Shown: positions 17,740 through 26,870 of the stretch, piece after piece
Layout: the number at the start of each line of letters is the position of its first letter
How positions within the stretch are numbered: the stretch's first letter is position 1
Source: Minisyncoccota bacterium
Lineage (GTDB): Bacteria > Patescibacteriota > Minisyncoccia > Phycocordibacterales > UBA2100
Assembly: GCA_035559235.1 (NCBI GenBank)
Contig: DATMBM010000007.1
Coordinates: 9,475 to 73,474 of the forward strand
Direction: 5' to 3'
DNA: 64,000 nt
Program-made: the position numbers and the translations under genes
Notes under the pieces: model-generated
Seen by the model: only the letters and a program-made list of their open reading frames with translations
Told to the model about the DNA's origin: nothing
Database searches by the model: none

Positions 17740-19632
17740 ATGAAGACGTCGAACGAGATCCGCGCGACATACCTGAGGTTTTTCGAGGAACGCGGCCATG
17801 CGATCATCCCGTCCGCCTCGCTTGTCCCCGAAAACGACCCGACGACCCTTTTCACCGGCAGCGGCATGCAGCCGCTCTTGCCGTACCTTCTCGGCCAGCC
17901 GCACCCGAAAGGGAAGCGCATCGTCGATTCGCAGAAGTCCTTTCGCGCGGCCGACATCGAAGAGGTTGGCGACAATCGTCATACGACGTTTTTTGAAATG
18001 CTCGGTAACTGGTCGCTTGGCGACTATTTCAAACGGGAACAGTTGCCGTGGTTTTTCGAATTCCTCACGAAGGAAGTCGGGCTCGACCCGAATCGGTTGT
18101 ATGTCACGGTCTTCGACGGCGCGGAGGATATCGGCGTACCGCGCGACGAGGAATCAATCGCTATTTGGAAGAAACTATTCGGCGATGTTGGCATCGACGC
18201 TGAATTCGTGTCGATCGGAAGCGAAGCGAACGGGTACGTTACAGGGATGCACGGCGAGCGCATTTTTGGCTACGACGAAAAAAATTGGTGGTCGCGCGTC
18301 GGGGCGCCTAAGAACATGACTGAGGGCGAGCCGGGTGGACCGGACTCCGAAGTTTTTTACGACTTTGGCACGCCGCACGATCCGAAGTGGGGAAAGGAGT
18401 GCCATCCGAATTGCGATTGCGGGCGCTTTTTGGAAATCGGAAATTCGGTGTTCATGGAATACATCAAGAAGGACGGTGCATTCCAGAAACTGCCGCAACA
18501 GAACGTGGATTTCGGCGGCGGGCTGGAGCGTATCGTCGCGGCAGCGAAGGGCGACCCAGATGTGTTCACGATCGACACGCTCGGGGCGATCATTTCGGCG
18601 CTGGAAAAGGAAAGTGGCACGGCGTATGCGGAAAACAAAGCGGCATTCCGCGTCGTTGCCGATCACATGCGCGGCACGGTTTTCATGCTGACGGACGGAG
18701 TCCTGCCGTCGAATACCGACCGCGGGTACTTTTTGCGCCGTCTTATCCGCAGGGCGACGCGGTATGCCGATGTCATCAAGTATCCTGCGGGACAATTGTC
18801 GGGGCTTGCCCGCGTCGTCGCGGCGTCATATGGAGAGCATTATCCGGAAGTGCGAGAGCAATTGTCAGCGACAGAAAAAGCTATTGCTGATGAGGAAGCA
18901 AAATTCCGCGAAACGCTTTCGCGCGGCATGAAGGAGTTCGAAAAACTTCACACGGGAGACACGATCTCTGGTCGCGATGCGTACGTTTTATTTACAACGC
19001 ACGGATTTCCGCTCGAATTGACGCACGAGCTTGCGAAAGAACGTGGCGCGTCTGTCGATTTTGATGCTTTCAAAAAAGAAATGGATTTGCACCGCGATCT
19101 TTCGCGCGCAGGCGCCGAGCAAAAGTTTAAGGGCGGCTTGGCCGACCAGTCGGAAGCAACGGTGCGACTCCACACGACGCACCATCTTCTGCTGAAGGCA
19201 CTGCAAATGGTCCTTGGCGACCACATAAAACAACGTGGCTCAAATATTACCGGCGAGCGACTGCGCATCGACTTTTCGCACGGCGAAAAAATGACGGACG
19301 AACAGAAGCGCGAAGTCGAACGTATCGTGAATGAAAAGATTAAGGAACATTTGCCGATGATCCGGTCGATCATGAAGCGGGAAGAGGCGGAAAAATTGAA
19401 CGCGCAGCACGAATTCGGCGCGAAGTATCCCGATGTTGTCTCGGTCTATTCGTTGGGTCCGGCTGGTGCGACGGAAGACAACCCGCAATTCGACAAGGCG
19501 TTCTCGATCGAATTTTGCGGCGGCCCGCACGTCGCCAATACATCAGAAATCGAAAAGGCGGGCACGTTTAAAATTCAGAAGGAAGAAGCCGTGGCAGCGG
19601 GGATACGACGTATTAAGGCCGTCTTGCAATAA
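17740..19632 (+). CDS. alaS: Alanine--tRNA ligase (short form, no C-Ala domain)
   Basis: HTTFFEMLGNWS, DFGGGLER, editing HTTHH and CGGPHV, ends GIRRIKA. Confidence 0.96.
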   Translation: MKTSNEIRATYLRFFEERGHAIIPSASLVPENDPTTLFTGSGMQPLLPYLLGQPHPKGKRIVDSQKSFRAADIEEVGDNRHTTFFEMLGNWSLGDYFKREQLPWFFEFLTKEVGLDPNRLYVTVFDGAEDIGVPRDEESIAIWKKLFGDVGIDAEFVSIGSEANGYVTGMHGERIFGYDEKNWWSRVGAPKNMTEGEPGGPDSEVFYDFGTPHDPKWGKECHPNCDCGRFLEIGNSVFMEYIKKDGAFQKLPQQNVDFGGGLERIVAAAKGDPDVFTIDTLGAIISALEKESGTAYAENKAAFRVVADHMRGTVFMLTDGVLPSNTDRGYFLRRLIRRATRYADVIKYPAGQLSGLARVVAASYGEHYPEVREQLSATEKAIADEEAKFRETLSRGMKEFEKLHTGDTISGRDAYVLFTTHGFPLELTHELAKERGASVDFDAFKKEMDLHRDLSRAGAEQKFKGGLADQSEATVRLHTTHHLLLKALQMVLGDHIKQRGSNITGERLRIDFSHGEKMTDEQKREVERIVNEKIKEHLPMIRSIMKREEAEKLNAQHEFGAKYPDVVSVYSLGPAGATEDNPQFDKAFSIEFCGGPHVANTSEIEKAGTFKIQKEEAVAAGIRRIKAVLQ

Positions 19633-19653
19633 TTTTTTGCTATACTAACCGCA

Positions 19654-20811
19654 ATGTTTTCGCTTGGCACCGCTAAGGGAAAGGTGGCGCTTATTGCTGA
19701 CATCGACGACATAAGCGTCGGTGTCGCGATCGTTGAACTCTCTGCAAGCGGTCCCGTAGCGCTTCTCACGAGCGATCGCGTGATGCTACCCATCGAGAAT
19801 CGCGACGCGAGGCAAAGCGTTGCGGGCATCGCCCAGGCTTTGGAGCAATGCGCAGACAAGGTCATAAAAGCGTATATCGGCAACGGTGCGAAACGCCCGG
19901 CACCTGAAGCCGTGCATATTATCCTGCGTACGCCGTGGACCCGCTTTCGCACCGCGCAAGCGGAAAAAACCTTTCCTGAATCACGTGCAACGACCAAGGA
20001 CATGATCGCCGACCTGGCGAAAAAGGCAGTAGGCACCATAACCGACCTCGATACAGGGAACATCCTTGAAGCAGGCGTTATGCAGGTATTCCTGAACGGC
20101 TATCCGACCGGCAATCCACTGGGGAAGCGCGCGCAGTCAATCGCCGTCACCGCGTTCGAAAGTGATGTCAATCCCGAGATCAAGCGCGCGGCAATCAACG
20201 TTCTCGGGAAGCTGCTTCCTGGACGCACACCGACCGTTCGCTCAGGCATGCGCGCCCTCCTTGCGGTCCTCCACGAACTCATTCCCGACGTGCACCGCTA
20301 CTGCCTTCTCGACGTCGGCGGGACTGCAACAAGTTGCGCCATTGTGCGCAAGGAATCGGTGACGCAACACGACGAGGCGCCCGAGGGTTTCGGAACCATC
20401 ATCAAAAAAGTTTCCGGCGCAGGGCTGCCCGAGGAGACGCTAACGCAGCTGCGCATGCTCGCGGCCGACACGTGTTCGACGGATGCCTGTCGCGCGATCA
20501 AAGACGCGCTTGGCCGCGCTGAGCCTGAGCTTGCGAAAACATACGGTGAGATGTTCGCGAAGCTTGCGCAGCGACGGCGGCTGCCGAACCACGCGATCCT
20601 TTCGGCGCCGGGCGAGCTTCTACCCTGGCTGCAAAATTTCTTTGAGCGTATCGACTTTGCTCAATTTACCGCGACGACGCAACCGTTTGAGGTGGAAGCC
20701 CTCACACCGGAGCATTTGCAGGAGAAGGTCGTTTGGAAAACGGGCGCACGGCACGATGTGGGCCTCGTGGTCGCCGCGGGTTGTGTTACTATTCTTGAAC
20801 AATCCGCATAA
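19654..20811 (+). CDS. Divergent actin-fold (FtsA/PilM-like) protein
   Basis: IADIDDISVG and LLDVGGTAT phosphate-loop-like motifs, LNGYPT.NP motif. Confidence 0.55.
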   Translation: MFSLGTAKGKVALIADIDDISVGVAIVELSASGPVALLTSDRVMLPIENRDARQSVAGIAQALEQCADKVIKAYIGNGAKRPAPEAVHIILRTPWTRFRTAQAEKTFPESRATTKDMIADLAKKAVGTITDLDTGNILEAGVMQVFLNGYPTGNPLGKRAQSIAVTAFESDVNPEIKRAAINVLGKLLPGRTPTVRSGMRALLAVLHELIPDVHRYCLLDVGGTATSCAIVRKESVTQHDEAPEGFGTIIKKVSGAGLPEETLTQLRMLAADTCSTDACRAIKDALGRAEPELAKTYGEMFAKLAQRRRLPNHAILSAPGELLPWLQNFFERIDFAQFTATTQPFEVEALTPEHLQEKVVWKTGARHDVGLVVAAGCVTILEQSA

Positions 20812-20831
20812 GCGTACTACAGTGAGCGATT

Positions 20832-22202
20832 ATGGCGCGCCATTACATTCAAGACATTATGCCCGCGGGCGATGAGCCGGAGGAAGTGCGTGGCCGTCGG
20901 AAAACGCCTGAACGGAAACCCGAACCGGAACCTGAGCCGGAGCCGGTTCCGCGGTCAATTCGCGACATCCGCCCATCCGCCGAGCGCTCGCGGCTTGTCC
21001 GCCCGCCCGAGCCGCGAATGGAACATCCACTGCCGCATGTGCCGCAAAAAAGAAGCAGGGCGCGCTACGGCATCTGGGCGGCGGCAATCGCGGCGCTTGT
21101 CGTCGTGCTCGGCGCTGGATTGCTGTTTGCATTTGCCTCAACCTCGATCACCGTTATTCCATACTCACAGACAGTGACTTTCGATGCATCGACGCCGTTT
21201 ACCGCCTATCCGGAAGCGAGTGCTGCGCCCGGAACGATACCGTATACCGTAATGACGCAGGTGTTCGAAGACTCGGCAGTTGTCCAAGCGAGCGGAACTG
21301 AGAACGTGGAAGAACAGGCAACGGGGAACATCGTCATCTATAACGACTATTCAGAAGAACCCGTACGGCTGATAAAGAACACGAGATTCCAAACGCCTGA
21401 GGGCCTTATTTTCCGCATCCCCGCGTCGGTGGACGTACCGGGCAAGACCGCGGAGGGCCCCGGATCGATCGAAGTAACGGTCTTTGCTGACCAAGCAGGA
21501 CCCGATTACAACGTCGGACCGTTTGAGCGGATTACCGTGCCGGGCCTTCGTTCGACAAAGGAGATGTATGAGAACGTCTACGCGAAATCAACAACTGCGT
21601 TTAGCGGCGGTTTTTCCGGAGCGCGGCCCGTTGTCCCAGAAGCGATACTGGACGCATCAAAGGCTGAAGTGCGTAATCGTCTGAATGAGAAGGCACAAGA
21701 ATTCGTGCGGACTGCTTCAGAAACCGCGTTTGCCGGTCTTATGGTCGTCAATTACGAAACCTTGCCGCCGACACAAGAAAGCGGCGGCAACGTACGTATC
21801 AACGAACGCGCGACTGTTTATTTGCCGGTGTTTCCGACCAGCGCGCTCGCGCAATCAATCGGCCAAACAGTCAGTGCGAGCGCCGAAGGGCAGTCGATCT
21901 CCATACGATTCGCGTCAGACGTGACGGCGGAACCGGCACAGGCGTTCTCGTCCGCCGATCTTGGCCAACAGCCAATCGTGTTTACGATCAGCGGTCGCGG
22001 ACAGCTGGTCTGGGACGTGGATTCGGCGGCACTCGCCGAGGCGCTTGCTGGACGCGAAGAGGCAGCCTTCCAAACCATCATCGGTAGCTTCCCCTCGATT
22101 GAGGAAGCGCGGGCGCGCATCGTGCCGTTTTGGAAAAACACCTTTCCGGAAGACCCAAGCGACATTTCCATAGCCGTCGAAGAGCCCTCAACCCCGTTTT
22201 AG
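20832..22202 (+). CDS. Single-TM protein with baseplate-J-like beta domain (CPR-conserved)
   Basis: RSIRDI motif, TM, ATGNIVIYN, LIKNTRF, ADQAGPDYN, PFW...P. Confidence 0.6.
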   Translation: MARHYIQDIMPAGDEPEEVRGRRKTPERKPEPEPEPEPVPRSIRDIRPSAERSRLVRPPEPRMEHPLPHVPQKRSRARYGIWAAAIAALVVVLGAGLLFAFASTSITVIPYSQTVTFDASTPFTAYPEASAAPGTIPYTVMTQVFEDSAVVQASGTENVEEQATGNIVIYNDYSEEPVRLIKNTRFQTPEGLIFRIPASVDVPGKTAEGPGSIEVTVFADQAGPDYNVGPFERITVPGLRSTKEMYENVYAKSTTAFSGGFSGARPVVPEAILDASKAEVRNRLNEKAQEFVRTASETAFAGLMVVNYETLPPTQESGGNVRINERATVYLPVFPTSALAQSIGQTVSASAEGQSISIRFASDVTAEPAQAFSSADLGQQPIVFTISGRGQLVWDVDSAALAEALAGREEAAFQTIIGSFPSIEEARARIVPFWKNTFPEDPSDISIAVEEPSTPF

Positions 22203-22211
22203 GCTCTAAAT

Positions 22212-22240
22212 TTGACTCTTTTTACGGTATTTGTTATTCT
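22212..22240 (+). promoter_or_regulatory. sigma70 promoter of infA-alpha operon
   Basis: TTGACT-17nt-TATTCT. Confidence 0.65.
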
Positions 22241-22254
22241 ATCTCCGCGCAGAT

Positions 22255-22461
22255 ATGGCTGAACCCGAAATCGTGGAAGGAGTGGTCGAGGAGGCCCTCC
22301 CGAACACGCTGTTTCGAGTCAAACTTTCAAACGGCGAGAAGACGCTTGCGTACCTCGCTGGAAAGATGCGTTTGCACCGGATTCGAGTTTTGGTCGGCGA
22401 TAAAGTTGCTGTTCAGCTCGATCCGTATGGCGGACGCGCTCGGATCACACGACGGTTTTAG
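22255..22461 (+). CDS. infA: Translation initiation factor IF-1
   Basis: [19 protein letters not shown]...GDKV. Confidence 0.96.
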   Translation: MAEPEIVEGVVEEALPNTLFRVKLSNGEKTLAYLAGKMRLHRIRVLVGDKVAVQLDPYGGRARITRRF

Positions 22462-22481
22462 CTACGATCTGCATTTATCAC

Positions 22482-22595
22482 ATGAAGGTCAAGGCTTCCG
22501 TCAAAAAAATCTGCTTGAAATGTCGGCATGTGCGCCGGAGGGGTCGATTGTGGGTGATTTGCGAAAATCCGCGCCATAAGCAACGCCAAGGATAA
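22482..22595 (+). CDS. rpmJ: 50S ribosomal protein L36 (not in ORF track)
   Basis: Manual translation [37 protein letters not shown]. Confidence 0.97.
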   Translation: MKVKASVKKICLKCRHVRRRGRLWVICENPRHKQRQG

Positions 22596-22596
22596 T

Positions 22597-22980
22597 ATGT
22601 TACGCATCGCAGGCATTACCATTCCAGAAAAAAAGCGGCTCGAAATCGGGCTGACTGCCATTTATGGCGTCGGCCGTCCGCGCGCTCTTAAGACGCTGAA
22701 GGCGCTTGGCATCGATCCGGGGGCGCAACCAGAAAGCCTTTCTGCAAAGCAACAATCGGCGCTTCGCGAGGCCATCGAGAAGAATATCGTGGAAGGAGAG
22801 CTTCGCCGTTTTATTTCAGGCAACATTCGTCGGCTCAAGGACATCAAGTCGCATCGCGGCACGCGGCACATGAAAAAGCTGCCGGTGCGCGGGCAAACGA
22901 CAAAAACGAATTCCCGGACGGTCCGCGGCAACGTTCGCAAGACGATGACCAGCGGTCGCCGCAAGCTTGAAAAGACATAA
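22597..22980 (+). CDS. rpsM: 30S ribosomal protein S13
   Basis: MLRIAG, IYGVG, LPVRGQTTKTNSRT. Confidence 0.97.
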   Translation: MLRIAGITIPEKKRLEIGLTAIYGVGRPRALKTLKALGIDPGAQPESLSAKQQSALREAIEKNIVEGELRRFISGNIRRLKDIKSHRGTRHMKKLPVRGQTTKTNSRTVRGNVRKTMTSGRRKLEKT

Positions 22981-22989
22981 ACCGACACT

Positions 22990-23424
22990 ATGGGAAAGAA
23001 ACGAATCATTCGTAAGATAGGAGAGACCGTCGACCAAGGGCTGAAGTCGCGCTCGCTTGCGCGCACGGCAAAGCGCACGCTCGCATCCGGCACGCTGCAC
23101 ATCCAGGCGACGTACAACAACACGAAGGTTCTTCTCGCCGACAAGGACGGCAACGCTGTCGCGTGGTCGTCGTCGGGCAGTCTCGGCTTTGCGGGTGCCA
23201 AAAAGGGCACGCCGTTTGCGGCCGCGAAAGTGGGCGAACTTATCGGTGAAAAAGGCGCCATGATGGGACTCAAGGATGTAAACGTCGTTATCCGCGGCGT
23301 CGGCGCAGGCAGGGAATCAGCGCTGCGCGGCTTTGCGAGCAAGGGTATTGAAATTACCCGCATTTCCGACGACACGCCGGTGCCGCACAACGGACCTCGA
23401 CCGCCGAAACCACGCCGCATTTAA
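22990..23424 (+). CDS. rpsK: 30S ribosomal protein S11
   Basis: ATYNNT, GTPFAA, DDTPVPHNG. Confidence 0.97.
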   Translation: MGKKRIIRKIGETVDQGLKSRSLARTAKRTLASGTLHIQATYNNTKVLLADKDGNAVAWSSSGSLGFAGAKKGTPFAAAKVGELIGEKGAMMGLKDVNVVIRGVGAGRESALRGFASKGIEITRISDDTPVPHNGPRPPKPRRI

Positions 23425-23427
23425 TCT

Positions 23428-24036
23428 ATGTTGAGAATCAAATCAAAATACAAGATCGCTAAGCGTCTCGGAAGCCAGATTTTCGAGCAGACGCAAACGC
23501 AAAAATTCGCGCTTTCGGAAGCGCGATCGAAAAAAACGCATTCTGGCGGACGAAGCAAATCCGACTATGGCCGTCAACTTATGGAAAAACAGAAAGTGCG
23601 CTTTACGTACGGCATTTCCGAAAAGCAGCTCGCGAATTACGCGGCGGCGGCGACCAAGGAAAAGAATCCGCCGGAATCCCTCCACCAATCGCTCGAGATG
23701 CGCCTCGATAGCGCCGCGTACCGCGCCGGCTTCGCATTGACGCGCCGTGCCGCCCGGCAACTCGTGAGCCACGGGCACCTCCTCGTCAATAGCAAGCGGA
23801 TTACGACGCCGTCATATCGCCTGAAGAAAGGAGATACGATCACCGTTCGCGAAGGATCGCGCGCGTCGGTCCTGTTTGCGCACATGGGCAATCCTGAAGC
23901 GTCCGCGCGCACTATCCCCACATGGCTCTCTGTTGACCTTCCGACGATGGTTGCGAAGGTTGAGGGAGAGCCGGGCTATTCGCCAGCGGAAATCCCGCTC
24001 GATTATCCGGCGGTATTTGAATTTTACTCGAGATAG
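23428..24036 (+). CDS. rpsD: 30S ribosomal protein S4
   Basis: SDYGRQLMEKQK, LEMRLD, ARQLVSHGH, EFYSR. Confidence 0.97.
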   Translation: MLRIKSKYKIAKRLGSQIFEQTQTQKFALSEARSKKTHSGGRSKSDYGRQLMEKQKVRFTYGISEKQLANYAAAATKEKNPPESLHQSLEMRLDSAAYRAGFALTRRAARQLVSHGHLLVNSKRITTPSYRLKKGDTITVREGSRASVLFAHMGNPEASARTIPTWLSVDLPTMVAKVEGEPGYSPAEIPLDYPAVFEFYSR

Positions 24037-24083
24037 TGGTATACTATTTATAAGCGCTTTATAAGGTCGCGCCCCTTTTTAAT

Positions 24084-25052
24084 ATGCTTGATTACCATAT
24101 TGCCTTGCCCAGCAAACCCCGCGTCGTCTCCGAATCGGAGCGCAGCGGTGTTTACGAAATTGACGGCCTCTATCCGGGCTACGGATACACGCTCGGAAAT
24201 TCTCTTCGTCGCATCATACTTTCCTCGCTTCCGGGCGCGGCGGTGACGTCGGTAAAGATCTCGGGCGTTGCGCACGAATTTTCGACGCTCGAAGGCGTGA
24301 AGGAGGATGTCGTGACGCTTCTGCTCAACGTGCGCAAGATGCGCCTCAAGCTGTCGACGGACGAACCGCAGACATTGACCCTTTCCATCAAAGGTCCGAA
24401 AACGGTCACCGCAGAAGACTTCAAGCTTCCCGGCCAGGTGGAGATCCTGAATCCCGAGCAGTATATCGCCGAAGTGACCGGCAAGGTCACGTTGGAAATG
24501 GAGGTCCGCGCGGAGCGCGGGCTTGGATATGTCCCGAAGGAAGTGCACCAAAAAGAGCGCGTGGACATCGGCACGATCGCGCTCGACGCGATCTTCAGCC
24601 CGATCCGCCGCGTCAACTACGAAGTGGAAAACATGCGCGTCGGCGATCGGACCGATTTCAACCGGCTTCGCATAATCATCGAAACGGACGGAACCATCAC
24701 CGCGCGCGAAGCGCTTGAGAAGTCGATCGAGACGATGATCCATCAGCTTCGTGCAATTGTCGGCTTCAAGGAAGAAGAGGCGGCGGTGAAACCGGAAGCC
24801 GAAGAAGATACGGGAAAGCTTCGCAAGGAGGACAAAATGGCTGATGCGGAAATGCTCAAGACCCGCATCACTGAATTGAGCCTTCCGCAGCGCGTGGAAC
24901 AAGCGCTCGACAATGCGTCCATTCGAACCGTCGGCGGCTTGGTGCGCAAGCGCGAGGACGACTTGCTCGCGATCGAAGGCTTGGGCCAGAAAGGATTGCA
25001 GGACATCAAGCGTGCGCTTTCAAACCTTGGACTTACGCTGCGTTCGCAGTAA
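24084..25052 (+). CDS. rpoA: RNA polymerase alpha subunit
   Basis: GYGYTLGNSLRR, HEFS, DAIFSPI, alpha-CTD. Confidence 0.97.
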   Translation: MLDYHIALPSKPRVVSESERSGVYEIDGLYPGYGYTLGNSLRRIILSSLPGAAVTSVKISGVAHEFSTLEGVKEDVVTLLLNVRKMRLKLSTDEPQTLTLSIKGPKTVTAEDFKLPGQVEILNPEQYIAEVTGKVTLEMEVRAERGLGYVPKEVHQKERVDIGTIALDAIFSPIRRVNYEVENMRVGDRTDFNRLRIIIETDGTITAREALEKSIETMIHQLRAIVGFKEEEAAVKPEAEEDTGKLRKEDKMADAEMLKTRITELSLPQRVEQALDNASIRTVGGLVRKREDDLLAIEGLGQKGLQDIKRALSNLGLTLRSQ

Positions 25053-25064
25053 GATATCGCGACT

Positions 25065-25418
25065 ATGAAGCACGGGAAGAAGCGCCGCACACTGAATAGA
25101 ACGAAGCGACAGCGCGTTGCGCTGTTGCGCGGTTTGGCGCGTTCCCTCGTGCTCCACGACGGCATCACTACGACCGCGGCGAAGGCAAAGGAACTTCGTC
25201 CGTTTGTCGAAGAGTTGGTGACCGCAAGCAAGGCAAATACAGTTGCCTCGCGTCGGCTTGTCACTGCGCGTCTCAACGACAAAGACGCCGTCAAGAAATT
25301 GCACGACGAATTCGCGAAGCGCTACGTCTCCCGCAGCGGCGGCTATACGCGCATCGTGAAATTGGGCCGCGTCGGGAAACGCGTCGCTGAAATGGCCCGC
25401 ATTGAATTCGTCGCATAA
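25065..25418 (+). CDS. rplQ: 50S ribosomal protein L17
   Basis: MKHG, ITTTAAKAKELR, GGYTRI. Confidence 0.97.
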   Translation: MKHGKKRRTLNRTKRQRVALLRGLARSLVLHDGITTTAAKAKELRPFVEELVTASKANTVASRRLVTARLNDKDAVKKLHDEFAKRYVSRSGGYTRIVKLGRVGKRVAEMARIEFVA

Positions 25419-25426
25419 TTACGCAT

Positions 25427-25789
25427 ATGACACAGGCACCGGCAAAAAAATACGATATCGACGCATCTGGCAAGACCATCGGCCGCGTCGCCGCGGAAGC
25501 GGCGCGCGCGCTTATGGGCAAGGCGCACGCCGATTATACGCCGCACATCCCGTCGATCGTCGTGGTGACGGTCTCGAATGCGGGGAAAATTCGCGTCACT
25601 GAAAAAAAGCGGCTGCAGAAAACCTATACCGACTACTCGGGGCATCCGGGTGGTCTGAAAGTGGAATCACTCTCATCCTTGATCGGCCGGCGCGGAAAGA
25701 GCGCCGCGGTGCGACGCGCGATTGAGCGCATGCTCCCGCGAAACAAGCTCCGCCCGGGCCGTTTGAAGCGACTGACCATCACCGAATAA
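25427..25789 (+). CDS. rplM: 50S ribosomal protein L13
   Basis: DASGKTIGR, LMGK..YTPH, SGHPGG, MLP. Confidence 0.96.
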   Translation: MTQAPAKKYDIDASGKTIGRVAAEAARALMGKAHADYTPHIPSIVVVTVSNAGKIRVTEKKRLQKTYTDYSGHPGGLKVESLSSLIGRRGKSAAVRRAIERMLPRNKLRPGRLKRLTITE

Positions 25790-25793
25790 GCAT

Positions 25794-26186
25794 ATGGCGA
25801 CCAAAGAATATATCGAGGCAGTGGGACGGAGGAAGACCGCATCGGCACGCGTTCGACTCATGAGAGCAAAATCGAATTCGATCACCGTGAATAACAAAAA
25901 CGCGGCAGAGTATTTTCCGCTTTCCCTTATGGTTGATACCGCCATGGCGCCTTTGAAGATCGTTGGCGGCACGTACGCTGTTACGGCAATCGTAAAAGGC
26001 GGCGGCCACAAGGCGCAGGCGGAAGCCGTGCGCCACGGTATCGCGCGCGCCCTGACCGAACTCGAAGCATCGTTCCGCAAGGACTTGAAAGTTAAAGGCT
26101 ACCTGAAGCGGGACCCGCGCGCGAAGGAACGCAAGAAATTTGGCCTCAAGGCCGCACGACGCTCACCGCAGTGGTCGAAGCGCTAA
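25794..26186 (+). CDS. rpsI: 30S ribosomal protein S9
   Basis: GRRKTASARV, GGG, ERKKFGL...QWSKR. Confidence 0.97.
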   Translation: MATKEYIEAVGRRKTASARVRLMRAKSNSITVNNKNAAEYFPLSLMVDTAMAPLKIVGGTYAVTAIVKGGGHKAQAEAVRHGIARALTELEASFRKDLKVKGYLKRDPRAKERKKFGLKAARRSPQWSKR

Positions 26187-26219
26187 ACAAAAAATCCCCG
26201 AAAGGGGATTTTTTGTTTT
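26185..26219 (+). terminator. Intrinsic (bidirectional) terminator
   Basis: AAACAAAAAATCCCC-GAAA-GGGGATTTTTTGTTT. Confidence 0.9.
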
Positions 26220-26246
26220 AGTGTCGATTTGGTATACTCCGCGCGT

Positions 26247-26786
26247 ATGATTTCTCAGCCGGACGAACGCGAAGACGTTGACTTCGAACCCGAAGACGAG
26301 CTTGGTAGCGCTGGCGCAGCGCAAGCGAAAATAGCCAAACTTCGCGAAGAGCTTCGAGAAGCGCAGGCGAAGGCGGCAGAATATCTCGATGGTTGGCAGC
26401 GCTGCAAAGCCGATATGGTGAACGCGAAAAAGGAAATGAGCGAGACTTTGTCGCAGGCAACCGGGCGCGGGAAGGAAATACTCGTCGAGGAATTGATCCC
26501 CGCGCTCGATGGATTTGATGCTGCGATGCAAGGGCCGGCATGGAAAAGCGTCGACGCAGCGTGGCGAAGCGGGATCGAGAGCATCAAGTCGCACATTGAG
26601 GGCGTGCTGAAGGCGCACGGAGTTGAAATTTACGGCGCAGAAGGAGAAACATTCGATCCCATGCTTCACGAGCCTATTCAAGAGGCCGAAGGCGGCACGC
26701 CGAACACGGTTGCACGGGTCCTACGCCGCGGATACCGGAGCAATGGGCGCGTACTGCGGCCCGCACAGGTCGTTTTGTATCAATAG
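26247..26786 (+). CDS. grpE: Nucleotide exchange factor GrpE
   Basis: LIPALD, FDPMLHE, RGY...VLRPAQV. Confidence 0.95.
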   Translation: MISQPDEREDVDFEPEDELGSAGAAQAKIAKLREELREAQAKAAEYLDGWQRCKADMVNAKKEMSETLSQATGRGKEILVEELIPALDGFDAAMQGPAWKSVDAAWRSGIESIKSHIEGVLKAHGVEIYGAEGETFDPMLHEPIQEAEGGTPNTVARVLRRGYRSNGRVLRPAQVVLYQ

Positions 26787-26800
26787 AGCGATATTATCGC

Positions 26801-26831
26801 TTGACAGGCGGATGAAGTAGGGGTATATACT
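26801..26831 (+). promoter_or_regulatory. sigma70 promoter of dnaK
   Basis: TTGACA then TATATA (17 nt) or TATACT (19 nt). Confidence 0.6.
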
Positions 26832-26870
26832 TTTACCAAAAACTCATTATCAATCATCACAATCAACACT

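Noticed and set aside
20918-20950. Short tandem GARCCN-like repeats
   Set aside because: Encode a PEPEPEPEP low-complexity linker; not a regulatory repeat
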